The position numbers were made by a program, and so were the translations under genes. 38,328 bases of DNA from Myxococcota bacterium (GTDB lineage Bacteria > Myxococcota_A > UBA796 > SXON01). The notes under the pieces are model-generated. The model was not told the DNA's origin. It was given only the letters and a program-made list of their open reading frames with translations, and made no database searches. Within the stretch, counting starts at the first letter, position 1. Each line of letters opens with the position of its first letter. The stretch is taken from contig JAZKFH010000075.1 in the NCBI GenBank assembly GCA_040386535.1, forward strand, positions 1-38,328, given 5' to 3'. This document shows positions 1-9,100 of this stretch, piece by piece.

Positions 1-46
1 CCGTCGAAGGTCGGCGGTCGCCACCCGGGTGCACCACGCCGCCATT

Positions 47-87
47 GTTAGCTTTATGTTCGGCGCGCCATCCCCCGAGTTCGGCGC
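47..87. repeat. 41-bp direct repeat, copy 1 (copy 2 at 1027-1067)
   Basis: GTTAGCTTTATGTTCGGCGCGCCATCCCCCGAGTTCGGCGC aligns ungapped to 1027-1067 at 33/41 identity; each copy has GTTCGG twice, 21 bp apart. Confidence 0.75.
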
Positions 88-229
88 CAAAGTCGCGGTG
101 CCCGGCCGTCTCGCCAAAGGTCGCGTGGCACCGACCTCCTCGATCCCGGCCTCGGGGCATCCAACGCGTTGCCGCAGCCTCCTCCGACGAGATCGCGCTG
201 AGCGAGTTGCCCGGCACGGGACGGACGCA

Positions 230-377
230 CCGTCCGAAGTGACCGGATGCGCATGCATCCCCCGACCTCGGACAGACATACCGTCCGAGGTGAAGGGATG
301 GGCGTGCATCCTCGGACTTTGGACGGATATGCCGTCCAAGGTGAGGGGATAGGTCTGCATCCCCCGACCTCGGACGG
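230..377. repeat. Three tandem 51-bp palindromic (REP-like) units
   Basis: Units start at 230, 281 and 332. Consensus CCGTCCGAGGTG..GGATG-loop-CATCC..ACCTCGGACGG has self-complementary ends. No unique spacers. Confidence 0.85.
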
Positions 378-821
378 TTGCGCCGGCCCCGCCCGTTCGA
401 AGCCGCGCGACCCCAGGGCCGTCCGCTTGGTCGAGGACCACAAACGAGTGGCGACTCGGTCGCGACGGTGGCGCGCGAACGGATCGCGGGCAACTCGGCA
501 CGACCGCGGTGACGACGCGGAAGCGCAATCCAGGCGTCGGGAGAGTCGACGGACATGTCGCTGGCGTCGCCTCGGGGCACACAGGCGCCAAGGCTTCGCC
601 GCTCGTCAAACCGGCATGGGCGGGGTTCGCACGCTCCGCTGGGACGGCTGAGCGTGGGAAGCCGCCGAGGGAGGTGAGACTTTGGCGAAACGAAAGCGTG
701 AACCTGGGTAGTTGGCGATGACCCCCGCCATGACAGGTCGTCCCATCGGCTCGACCACGTGAGGAAAATCCGGCCACGCGGAGAAGCCAACGCCAGAGGG
801 GCCCCCACGGGACCCCGCCCC

Positions 822-907
822 GCCACGATCCAGGGACCACCCGCGCACCTCCGAGGTGGCCGTCGGCCACGAACAAGGGACCACCCAGGCGCGAACCAGG
901 GACCACC
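822..907. repeat. Three short direct repeats with core AGGGACCACC
   Basis: Core at 832, 876 and 898 (44 and 22 bp apart); copies 1 and 2 extend to GCCACGAnCnAGGGACCACCC. Confidence 0.7.
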
Positions 908-1026
908 TGCCCTTGAGCCCGCCCATCTCTCGTTCAGCCGCATCCGGGAGCCCTCCCCAGACCCCTCCCGGGCGGCGAGCCGCTCGGTCGCCGCGTCTGG
1001 GGGCGCGGACGGGGCGGTGCGGGAAA

Positions 1027-1067
1027 GTTTGCTTTGTGTTCGGGGCGTGACTGCCCGAGTTCGGCGC
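1027..1067. repeat. 41-bp direct repeat, copy 2
   Basis: GTTTGCTTTGTGTTCGGGGCGTGACTGCCCGAGTTCGGCGC, exactly 980 bp from copy 1. Confidence 0.75.
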
Positions 1068-1442
1068 TCCGAGGTCGGAGGCCGACCGCGGCGACATGCC
1101 GTCGTCGCCCCCACGCCGACGCGCAGGCTGCCGGAGCCCTGGGTCACCAACTACCGAACATGCATCCCGACCACGGCGCCGCCCGCCCCGCGTGCGATCG
1201 GGCACCCCCACGTCGTCCCGGCCCCGCGCGAGGGGCACTGGAGGGGGGCGCGGGCCGCGCAGTGCCACCGGCCGGAGGCCACGAAAGCGTCCAAGCGCCC
1301 GCGCCCGTCGGCCCGCACGCAGCGGGCCCACGGAGGGCGGAGCACGACCCCGGAAGGGACCCGGTCCGCGTCCGCGCGGACGCGCCCGCTCCCCTCGCCC
1401 GTCACCCCACCCGCTCCCCCGCCCCCCGAATTAGCCTCCCCC

Positions 1443-3089
1443 GTGATCACGCCCGCCCGCCTCCTCGTCCTCGCCCTCGCCGCGGTGGCCCTGTGGCTCG
1501 GGTGGCGCGAGTTCTGGTTCCTCTGTGACGACGCGTACATCGAGTTCCGCTACGTGAGCAACGCGCACGCCGGGCTCGGGTACGTGTGGAACCCGCCGCC
1601 GTGGCGACCGGTCGAGGGGTACACGAGCCTCGCGTGGATCGCGCTGTTGGAGGCCGTGTGGCGCTACGTCGGGGTGATGCCGCCCGAGGCCGCGCCCGCG
1701 CTCTCGCTGGGCTTCAGCTACGTGTCGCTGGGCCTCGTCGCGTGGATGGCGCTGCGCCTGCCGCTGCACGGGGCGCTCGCGGGGCACCGGACCGCCGTGC
1801 TCGGGGCGGTGCTGTTCGCCACGCTCTCGAACCGCACGTTCCTGGCGTGGACGAGCAGCGGGCTGGAGACCGCGATGTTCAGCGCGGTCGTGCTGGCGTG
1901 GGTCGCCGCGGCGGTGGTCGCCGAGGCGGCGCCGCTGCTGCTGTTGAGCACGTTGGCGGGCGGGATGGCGCTCACGCGTCCCGACGGGCTGCTGTATGTC
2001 GTCGCGACCGTGGCGATCTTCGTGGTGCGCGTGCGCGCCCTCGCGCCCGGTGCCCGCGTGGCCGCGATCCTGGCGGCGCTGCCGCTGCTCCTGCCGGTGG
2101 TGCACGTCGTGTGGCGGCTGGACACGTACGGCTACCCGCTGCCGAACACGTACTACGCCAAACACGTGGGGCCGTGGCCGGTCGCGGGGATCGGCTACCT
2201 CGCGAGCTTCCTCCTGGAGTACGCCTACTGGGTGTGGCTCGGGGTGGCGGGGATCGCGGGGGTGGCGGCGGTGCGGCACGTCCGGCGCGTCGGGAGCGCG
2301 ACCACGTTCGGCGCCCCGCAGACGGCCGCAGCCGTCGGCATCGCGGCAGTGCTCGGCCACTTCGCCTACTACACGTTCAACATCGGCGGCGACCACTTCG
2401 AGTACCGGGTGTACCACCACCTCGTGCCGCTCTTGGCGCTGTCGTTCTTCGTGTTGTGTGACCGGCTGGGATGGCCGTCGCGGCGCACCTGGCTCACGTT
2501 CGGGCTGATGACGGCGCTCGGGCTGGTGCTCCCGTGGACACACTGGGCGCACACGCGCACGGCGGTGGGGCACAAGGAGGCAGGCTCGTTCAAGTTCCCC
2601 ATCGCGAAACACGTGGTGTTGCCGCTCCGCCCCTACGCGGCGGCGTGGGACGCGCTGCAACACCGGCTCCTGGGCCACTTCATCGGGATCCGCCACCAGG
2701 GACACCGCACCTACGGGTGGTACCAATACCGGCGCTATCCGTCGCGGGAGGTGGGAGAGGCCATCCCGCTCGACGGGTACCCGGTGCTCGTGGCGTCCGC
2801 GGTGGGCTACCCGGCGTGGGGCATGCCGAACGTCGCGATCATCGACAAGCTCGGGCTCAACGATCTCGTGGTGGCGCGCACCGCGCCCCGCCACACCGGC
2901 CAGACCGACCGCAAGATGGCCCACGATCGCGCCCCGCCGGAGGGCTACGTCGCGTGTTTCCGGCCGAACGTGAAGATCGACGCGAAGGGCAAGGTGACCG
3001 TGAAGCCGCGCGCGGTCCCGCTCACCGCGGAAGAGATCCGCGCGTGCGAGACGACGTGGCTGGAGAAGGTGGCGGGGGCGAAGCCGTAG
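1443..3089 (+). CDS. Polytopic membrane protein, GT-C glycosyltransferase-like (AftB/arabinofuranosyltransferase-like)
   Basis: Many TM helices; motifs DDAYIEFRY..N..G.G.VWN, VEGYTS, TRPDG, YGYPLPNTYYAK, GGDHFEYR, IIDKLGLND. Start placed at GTG 1443 because the upstream part of ORF 759 is low-complexity. Confidence 0.75.
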   Translation: MITPARLLVLALAAVALWLGWREFWFLCDDAYIEFRYVSNAHAGLGYVWNPPPWRPVEGYTSLAWIALLEAVWRYVGVMPPEAAPALSLGFSYVSLGLVAWMALRLPLHGALAGHRTAVLGAVLFATLSNRTFLAWTSSGLETAMFSAVVLAWVAAAVVAEAAPLLLLSTLAGGMALTRPDGLLYVVATVAIFVVRVRALAPGARVAAILAALPLLLPVVHVVWRLDTYGYPLPNTYYAKHVGPWPVAGIGYLASFLLEYAYWVWLGVAGIAGVAAVRHVRRVGSATTFGAPQTAAAVGIAAVLGHFAYYTFNIGGDHFEYRVYHHLVPLLALSFFVLCDRLGWPSRRTWLTFGLMTALGLVLPWTHWAHTRTAVGHKEAGSFKFPIAKHVVLPLRPYAAAWDALQHRLLGHFIGIRHQGHRTYGWYQYRRYPSREVGEAIPLDGYPVLVASAVGYPAWGMPNVAIIDKLGLNDLVVARTAPRHTGQTDRKMAHDRAPPEGYVACFRPNVKIDAKGKVTVKPRAVPLTAEEIRACETTWLEKVAGAKP

Positions 3090-3110
3090 TTGGCGCCTAC
3101 CCGCGCCGGA

Positions 3111-3386
3111 TCACCCGCGCTGGATGACGAACTGGTCGTAGCTGCCCGCGGCCTCGCCCCACCGCGCCTCGACCGCCGCCACCCGCGCCATCGAGGGCCC
3201 GACACGCGCCCAGGTGAGCAGCGCCTCGAGGCGGTCCCGCGGGCCCTCCGCCACGACCTCGACGCCGCCGTCGGGCAGGTTCCGCACCCAGCCGCAAACA
3301 CCCAGGCGCCGCGCCTCTGCCTGGGTGTGCGCGCGGAAGGACACGCCTTGTACGCGGCCGGTGACGACGAGATGCAGGCGTTCCAT
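3111..3386 (-). CDS. acyP: Acylphosphatase
   Basis: 91 aa with signatures VTGRVQGVSFR and GWVRNLPDGGVEVVAEG. Confidence 0.95.
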   Translation of the reverse strand: MERLHLVVTGRVQGVSFRAHTQAEARRLGVCGWVRNLPDGGVEVVAEGPRDRLEALLTWARVGPSMARVAAVEARWGEAAGSYDQFVIQRG

Positions 3387-3453
3387 GCGCGCCTGGGTAA
3401 CCGGGGCCGAGCACCAAGGAACGTGGTAGGGCTGCGGCTCGCTCGGAGCCCGC

Positions 3454-3801
3454 GTGATCGTTCGCTACAACCCCGTCATCGGCATCGGCCTGGTGGTCGT
3501 CTCCGCGATCAACCTCAGCCTCGCGGTGGTCACCGGGAGTGTGCCCGTGACCATCTCGGCGTTGATCGTGGGCACCATGGGGGTGCTCTACCTGCGCCGG
3601 CCCTGGTTCGTGCTCGCGCCGACGGGGATCGTGCTCAAGGCGCTCATCGGACCGGTCACGACGGACCATCCGGGGCCATCCGCGGCCTTCCGCATCGTCG
3701 GGGGGCGCCTCGTGGGGCCCGGCGACAAGACCGTGGCACACAAGTGGATGGCCCACGGCGACGATTGGGCGGCGCTGGCAAAACGTTTGGGCGGATCCTA
3801 A
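3454..3801 (+). CDS. Hypothetical small membrane protein (2 TM plus short soluble domain)
   Basis: 115 aa, two hydrophobic helices, GGAG upstream of GTG, GC3-biased codons. Confidence 0.7.
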   Translation: MIVRYNPVIGIGLVVVSAINLSLAVVTGSVPVTISALIVGTMGVLYLRRPWFVLAPTGIVLKALIGPVTTDHPGPSAAFRIVGGRLVGPGDKTVAHKWMAHGDDWAALAKRLGGS

Positions 3802-3814
3802 GCGCGTTGGGCGG

Positions 3815-4003
3815 CTAGAACTCGGCCGGCCAACGGCCCTGCGGCCGGGGAATCCACTTGTCACCCTGGAGGCGCATCTCCACAGCCGGCGCGCGTGGCA
3901 CCAACGTCAACCGGGGTGCGCGCGGGGTTGGCGTAGGCGGCGTCGGATCGGTGGGCGCGGCGTTCGTCTTGAGGAATTGCCAGACTGCGTTGAGGAGTGC
4001 CAT
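3815..4003 (-). CDS. Hypothetical small protein (62 aa)
   Basis: ATG with GAGG upstream; fills the gap between flanking genes; no recognisable family. Confidence 0.45.
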   Translation of the reverse strand: MALLNAVWQFLKTNAAPTDPTPPTPTPRAPRLTLVPRAPAVEMRLQGDKWIPRPQGRWPAEF

Positions 4004-4061
4004 GGTGCGCCTCGCGGAGTTCTTCAGTCAGGTTCGCCAGTCAGGTTCGATTGGGGGTGGC

Positions 4062-5117
4062 TCAGTCGCCGTGCGATTTGGCCGATGCACGCTTCGCACC
4101 GTCGGGTGCGGGCGGGGGCACCGGCGTGCCGAGCTGGTCGGCGTCGGGGATGAAGATGGTCATGCTCCCGCCCTCGCCGATGCGGACGTAGCCCGCGGCG
4201 ATCTGGGCGTTGAAGGCCTTCATGTCCAGCCGCAGCGGATCGGCGGTGTCGACGTCCACCAGGGTGATCGACGTGTCGCGGACCGTGAGGTTGCCCTGGT
4301 CCACGGTGCCACCCGTGTAGGAGAGGAAGTTCTTCACCGCGCCTTCGGTGTCGGCGGTGGCCTTGACCGTCTCGGAGGTGGGGGTCTCGGGGGTGCGCGT
4401 GCCGGCGTCGCCGAGGCGCAACACGAGGCCGTCACGCTCGACGCTCACCCCGGTCACCTTCGCGTCCACCGCGGGCGGGGGCATGTTCACGAGCGGATCG
4501 ACGTAGACGACGTTTCCGTCGATGCTCACGCCGCGCTCGTTGCCGACGTCGATGAGGTCTTCGAGCTTCAGGTCGAGCGCCTTCAGGATGCCCTTCGTCT
4601 GCACGCCGAGCGCCTTGAGCTCGACCACGGTGATCGTCATCCGACCCTTGGGATCGACGCTCACGGCGCCCTTGAGCACGAACGGCACCGGCTTCTTGCC
4701 GGTCACGACGAGCAGATCCCCCTCCGTCGAGAACACCGCCGATTGGAGCGGCGTCTTCTTGCCGCTCTTCGAGTGTTCGCCCGACATCATCTCGTTCAGG
4801 GTCTGGGTATCCACGGCGACCTCGGCCTGGTCCACCACGATGCGGTAGGTGTCGGGCGCGTCGATGACGGGGAGCCGGCCCGCGACGAGGCTCTGCACCA
4901 CGCCGTCCAGGTTGCGCACCCGGAGCAGGCCGTCGGGCATGATCAGCTCGACGTCACGAAGCGCGATCTTCGTGGGGACTTTGTCCGCTTCCGGGGCCGC
5001 CACCGCCGCCTCCGGGCACGGGCAGGTCACGACGGTCGGCGCCGGCGGGGCAGCGGGTGTCTCGGGGGCACACCCGGCGACCAGGAGGACCATGAGACTT
5101 GGGACCCAACGGTGCAT
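4062..5117 (-). CDS. Hypothetical lipoprotein, beta-rich
   Basis: ATG 5117 with GGAG RBS; lipobox LVAG-C, Pro/Ala linker, then a globular beta-strand-rich body. Confidence 0.8.
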   Translation of the reverse strand: MHRWVPSLMVLLVAGCAPETPAAPPAPTVVTCPCPEAAVAAPEADKVPTKIALRDVELIMPDGLLRVRNLDGVVQSLVAGRLPVIDAPDTYRIVVDQAEVAVDTQTLNEMMSGEHSKSGKKTPLQSAVFSTEGDLLVVTGKKPVPFVLKGAVSVDPKGRMTITVVELKALGVQTKGILKALDLKLEDLIDVGNERGVSIDGNVVYVDPLVNMPPPAVDAKVTGVSVERDGLVLRLGDAGTRTPETPTSETVKATADTEGAVKNFLSYTGGTVDQGNLTVRDTSITLVDVDTADPLRLDMKAFNAQIAAGYVRIGEGGSMTIFIPDADQLGTPVPPPAPDGAKRASAKSHGD

Positions 5118-5334
5118 TTCGATCTCCGCAGCGCCCCCATAGGGCGTACGCGCGCGGTGAGGAGGGCCGCGGAACATCGGTTGACGCCTTCGATCGGATC
5201 GCCGATTGCGACGCCGAGCTGTGCGATCTTGTTGTGCGGCGTCACCGATGGATACCGTCGGTAGTGCGTACCGGCGGGGCCCGCCGCCGTACGACTATGG
5301 CTTGGGTGCTGGACACACTCCCCCGGAGCCTTGC

Positions 5335-5886
5335 ATGACCCGTTCGACACTTCTCGCCTCGGCCCTCCTCTCGATGCTGATGACCACCGCCTGCGAGAAG
5401 GAGGCGTCGGACATGCAGCGCACCGCGAACGAAGCGCAGAAGGAGGCCGACGCCAAGATCGCGGCCGCCTCGCAAGAGGCGGGCAACAAGGTCGACAACG
5501 CGCTGGCCGAGGCCGACGAGAAGATCGACGACGCGACCGCCGCCGCCGACCAGGAGATCCGCACCGTCCAGGCGGAGGCCGACAAGAAGATCGCCGCCGA
5601 ACGCGCCGACTTCACGACGCTGCGCGAGGAGTACCGCCACGCGGTGACGCTGAAGCTCGTGGAGCTCGACAAGAAGATCGCCGACATCGACGCGCGCGCC
5701 AAGAAGGCCAACGGCGACAAGAAGGCCGAGCTGGAGACCCGCCTCGCGGTGATCCGCAGCACCCGCGACGCGTTCGTCGCGGATCAGAAGACGCTCGAGA
5801 ACGAGTCCGCCGCGACCTGGGACGTGACCAAGGCGCGCCTGGATCGCGCCTGGGCCGAGCTCGAAGCTCGCGTCGACGCGGTCTGA
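5335..5886 (+). CDS. Coiled-coil lipoprotein (Ala/Glu/Lys/Asp-rich)
   Basis: ATG 5335 with GGAG RBS; signal ending MTTA-C; repeated EAD(A/E/K)KI helical units. Confidence 0.85.
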   Translation: MTRSTLLASALLSMLMTTACEKEASDMQRTANEAQKEADAKIAAASQEAGNKVDNALAEADEKIDDATAAADQEIRTVQAEADKKIAAERADFTTLREEYRHAVTLKLVELDKKIADIDARAKKANGDKKAELETRLAVIRSTRDAFVADQKTLENESAATWDVTKARLDRAWAELEARVDAV

Positions 5887-5932
5887 TCTCTCCACTTTCC
5901 CTTTCTACGACCCCACGAATCCGGAGATTCCA

Positions 5933-6079
5933 ATGCTCACCATCATCCTCGTCGTCCTCTTGATCCTCGCCATCGGTGGCGGCGGCTGGGGCCACTCCCG
6001 CGTCGGCGCCGTGGGCTGGTCGCCCGCGGGCATCATCATCCTGATCCTGCTCGTGTTGTTGTTCACCGGTCGCCTCTGA
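5933..6079 (+). CDS. DUF3309-like small membrane protein (48 aa), below the ORF-track cutoff
   Basis: Hand translation MLTIILVVLLILAIGGGGWGHSRVGAVGWSPAGIIILILLVLLFTGRL; GGAG RBS; two TM segments around a GWGHSR loop and an LFTGRL end. Confidence 0.85.
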   Translation: MLTIILVVLLILAIGGGGWGHSRVGAVGWSPAGIIILILLVLLFTGRL

Positions 6080-6173
6080 TCGGCTGAGGTCGCCTTGCGG
6101 GGTGTGGAGCGGCGGGGCGCCGCGCGTGTGGCCGGTCACGCGCGGGGCCCCCCCCGCGATACGCCGCACCCGC

Positions 6174-9100
6174 ATGGCGCCTCCCCCCACCCCGGCCCCG
6201 CCCTTCACCACCCGCGCGGCCCTCCTCGCGTGGCTGGAGGAGCACGGGCTCGGCCACGTCGCCCGGCTCAACCTCGAAGCGGCCGCGCCGTACGTCGAGC
6301 CCGCGCTCTGGCCACAGCTGCGGGTCGTGGGCGCGCGGCGCCGCCTGATCGATCTCGCCAGCGTCGAGTGGCGGGCCCGCTCCGAGGAGTGGCTCGGCGC
6401 CTCGCCGCTCCGGGAGAGCCTCCCTGCCGCCGTCGCGTGTTTCCTCGCGGACGAGCGCGCCAACGCGGTGGAGGCCCGCGCCGCCGTTCCGGCGCGCCTC
6501 GGCGCTCCCGACGAACCGCGCGCCCTGGACGCGCACGCGCGCCTCCTCGAGCTGCGCGCCGCGGTGCCCGCGTGGGTCGCGCCGCGGCCGACGCGGGCTC
6601 TGCTGCCCGACACGCTCGACTTCGATGCCGAGCTGCCCGGCTTCCGCTTCGTCGACGCCCACCCGTGCGAGGCGCGGGCGCCCACCACCGGGGGCTTCGT
6701 GCGCCCCGAGGCGCGGCTGATCCTCGCGGCGGGCGCGATCCGGGCCGAGTGCACGTGCGGCGCGCCCGAATGTGTCCACGTGCTGGCCGCGCTCGATCTC
6801 GCGCTGCTGTGGCTCCGCCAGCCGGTCACCGCCCCGTTCCTCAGGGCGCTCGATCGCCTCGGCCGGCCCGCGTGGGAGCGCACCCTGGCGGCGCTCGACG
6901 AGGCCCTGGCGGAGAGCCCCACGGCCCGCGCCGGCATCGAGCTGGTGTGGCGGCTCTCGGTGAGCGAGCACGCGGGCGTCGAGGTGGCGCCGTGCATCCA
7001 CAAGTTCGGGAAGTCGGGACAACGCAACGCGGGGACGCTCGTGAACCGGCGGCGCCTGCTCGCCGAGCACGGGGCCAAGCTCTCCGCGGAGGACGCCCGC
7101 ATCGCCGCGCTGCTGCCCGACGACGACGCGTTCGCCTCGCGCGCGCTGCTCGAGGCGCTCATCGACCACCCGCGGATGGTCCTCCAGGAGGCGCCCGATC
7201 GCGCCGTCCGCATCGAGCGCACGCCCGTGGGCCTCGTCGCCGAGGCGCGCAACGGGTCGGTTCGCGTAAGCGCGGGCGTGGACGGGACCGCGCTGCCGCC
7301 CGCGCTGTTGGACCGCGTGCGGCGGTCGCGCCCGCAGGACGTGTTGTTCCTCTGGGACGGCCGCCGCATCACGCTCCTGGACGTAAAACCCGAGCTGCGC
7401 ACGATGCTGGAGGTGCTCCGCAAGGAAGGCGACCTGTTCCCGCCCGAGAGCCAGGGCGCGCTGCTCACCGCGCTCACGAAGTGGGCCCAGCACATCCCCG
7501 TCGTGATGCCGAAGAGCCTCCGCGGCGAGTCGACCCCGGCGCTCTTCTCGCCCGTGTTTCGTCTCGAAGCGTTTCCGACCGGCGCGGTGCACGTCGAGCT
7601 CCGCGTCCGGCCGCTGGTCGACAGCCCCTCCTACCCGCCGGGCCAGGGGCCGCGGGACGTGCACGTGCGGCGCGGCGAGGTGACCCTTCACGCGGTGCGC
7701 GACCTGCGCGGCGAGGAGGCCGCGGCCAAGGCCCTCTGCGACGCGCTCCCCTTCGCGGAGTCCGAGCCCACCGACGATCGCTTCGCCTTCCGCTACCCGA
7801 GCGCCCACGGCGCGCTCGATCTGCTCGCCGCCTGCGCCGCGCGCGACGTGCCCCCCGAGCTCGAATGGGTCGGCACGCCGGTGCGCTCGCTCGGCAGCCA
7901 CGGCGCCCGCGCGCTCAAGATCACGCTCCACCGGCGTCGCGAGTGGTTCGGCGCGCTCGGCGGGCTGGTCGTGGGGGGCGAGCGGCTGGAGTTGGCCCGC
8001 CTGCTCGACTCGGCGCGCAAACACGAGCGCTACGTCAAGGTCGACGCGCACACGTACCTGGAGCTCGACGAGGCGCTGCGGCGCCACCTCGAGGTGCTCG
8101 CCGACCATGCCCACGTCACCCGGGCGGGGCTGGAGGTCGGCCCCTCTGCCACCGCGGCGCTCTCGGCCCTGGAGCTGGCCGGGCTGGCCCTCGACGCCGA
8201 CGTGAGCTGGCGCACGTTGGTCGCGCGCGTCCAGGCCGCCGCCGACTGGCTCCCCGACGTGCCGGCGGAGCTCCGGGCCGAGCTCCGCCCCTACCAGGTA
8301 GAGGGGTTCCGGTGGATGGCCCGCCTCGCCGCCGGGGGCGCCGGCGCCGTGCTCGCGGACGACATGGGGCTCGGCAAGACCATCCAGTCGCTTGCCCTCC
8401 TGGTGTCCCGCGCGGAGCAGGGCCCGGCGCTGGTCGTGGCGCCCACGTCGGTCGCGTTCAACTGGAAGGACGAGGCCGCCCGCTTCGCGCCCACCGTGCG
8501 CCTGACCCTGTACGCGGACGCCCCCGACCGCGACATCGCCCTCGGCGCCCTCGTCCCCGGCGACGTGCTCGTCGTCAGCTACGGCATGCTCGTCCGCGAC
8601 GTCGAGCGGCTCGCGGGCACGCGGTTCGCCACCGTGATCTTCGACGAGGCCCAGAACCTCAAGAACGCGAACACCCAGCGCGCGCGGGCCGCCCGGACCC
8701 TTGATGCCGACGTGAAGTTCGCGCTCTCCGGCACCCCGATCGAGAACCACGTCGGCGAGCTCTGGAGCCTGTTCAGCGTCGTCTTCCCGGCGCTGCTCGG
8801 GAGCTGGGAGGCCTTCCGCGCCCGCTACGGCCTCGCGATCGAGAAGCAGACCGATCCCGCCGCCGCGCCCGCCCTCGCCCGCGTGCTCGCCCCCTTCCTG
8901 TTGCGCCGCACCAAGGGCCAGGTGGAGACCGAGCTGCCGCCCCGCACCGAGGTGCGCGTGCCGGTCGTGCTCTCCAGCGGCGAGTGGCAGCTGTACGAAG
9001 ATGCGCGCCTCGCGACGCTCTCCGACCTCGAGACACGCAAGTTGGTGCTCAAGGAGCAGGAGCGGCGCATCGAGGTGCTCGCCGCGCTCACCCGCCTGCG

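Noticed and set aside
47..87. Integron attC/attI core (GTTAGC...)
   Set aside because: Does not fit GTTRRRY, no paired inverse core box, and no integrase or cassette-like ORFs.
230..377. CRISPR array
   Set aside because: Units are contiguous with no unique spacers, repeats are degenerate, and no cas genes are in the window.
497..531. c-di-GMP-I (GEMM) riboswitch-like stem GGCACGA-CCGCG..CGCGG-AAGCGCAATCC
   Set aside because: Only loose resemblance; conserved GGCAAA/GACGCAAAGC and the second stem are not matched, and there is no adjacent gene.
611..622. Group II intron 5'-like CCGGCATGGGCG
   Set aside because: Not preceded by GTGCG; no domain V/VI and no reverse transcriptase ORF on either strand.
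761..775. RNase P RNA-like GAGGAAAATCCGGCC
   Set aside because: Two mismatches to GAGGAAAGTCCGGGC and no downstream ACAGAACCCGGCTTA-type P4 partner.
656..910. Cobalamin riboswitch fragments (GGGAAGCCG, AAATCCGGC, CCAGG..ACCTGCC)
   Set aside because: Spacing is wrong, CCCGCAACTGT and GCCACTG elements are missing, and the downstream gene is unrelated.
759..1442. 228-aa N-terminal extension of the GT-C ORF
   Set aside because: Arg/Pro/Ala low-complexity translation across repeats; family-like sequence begins only at about 1443.
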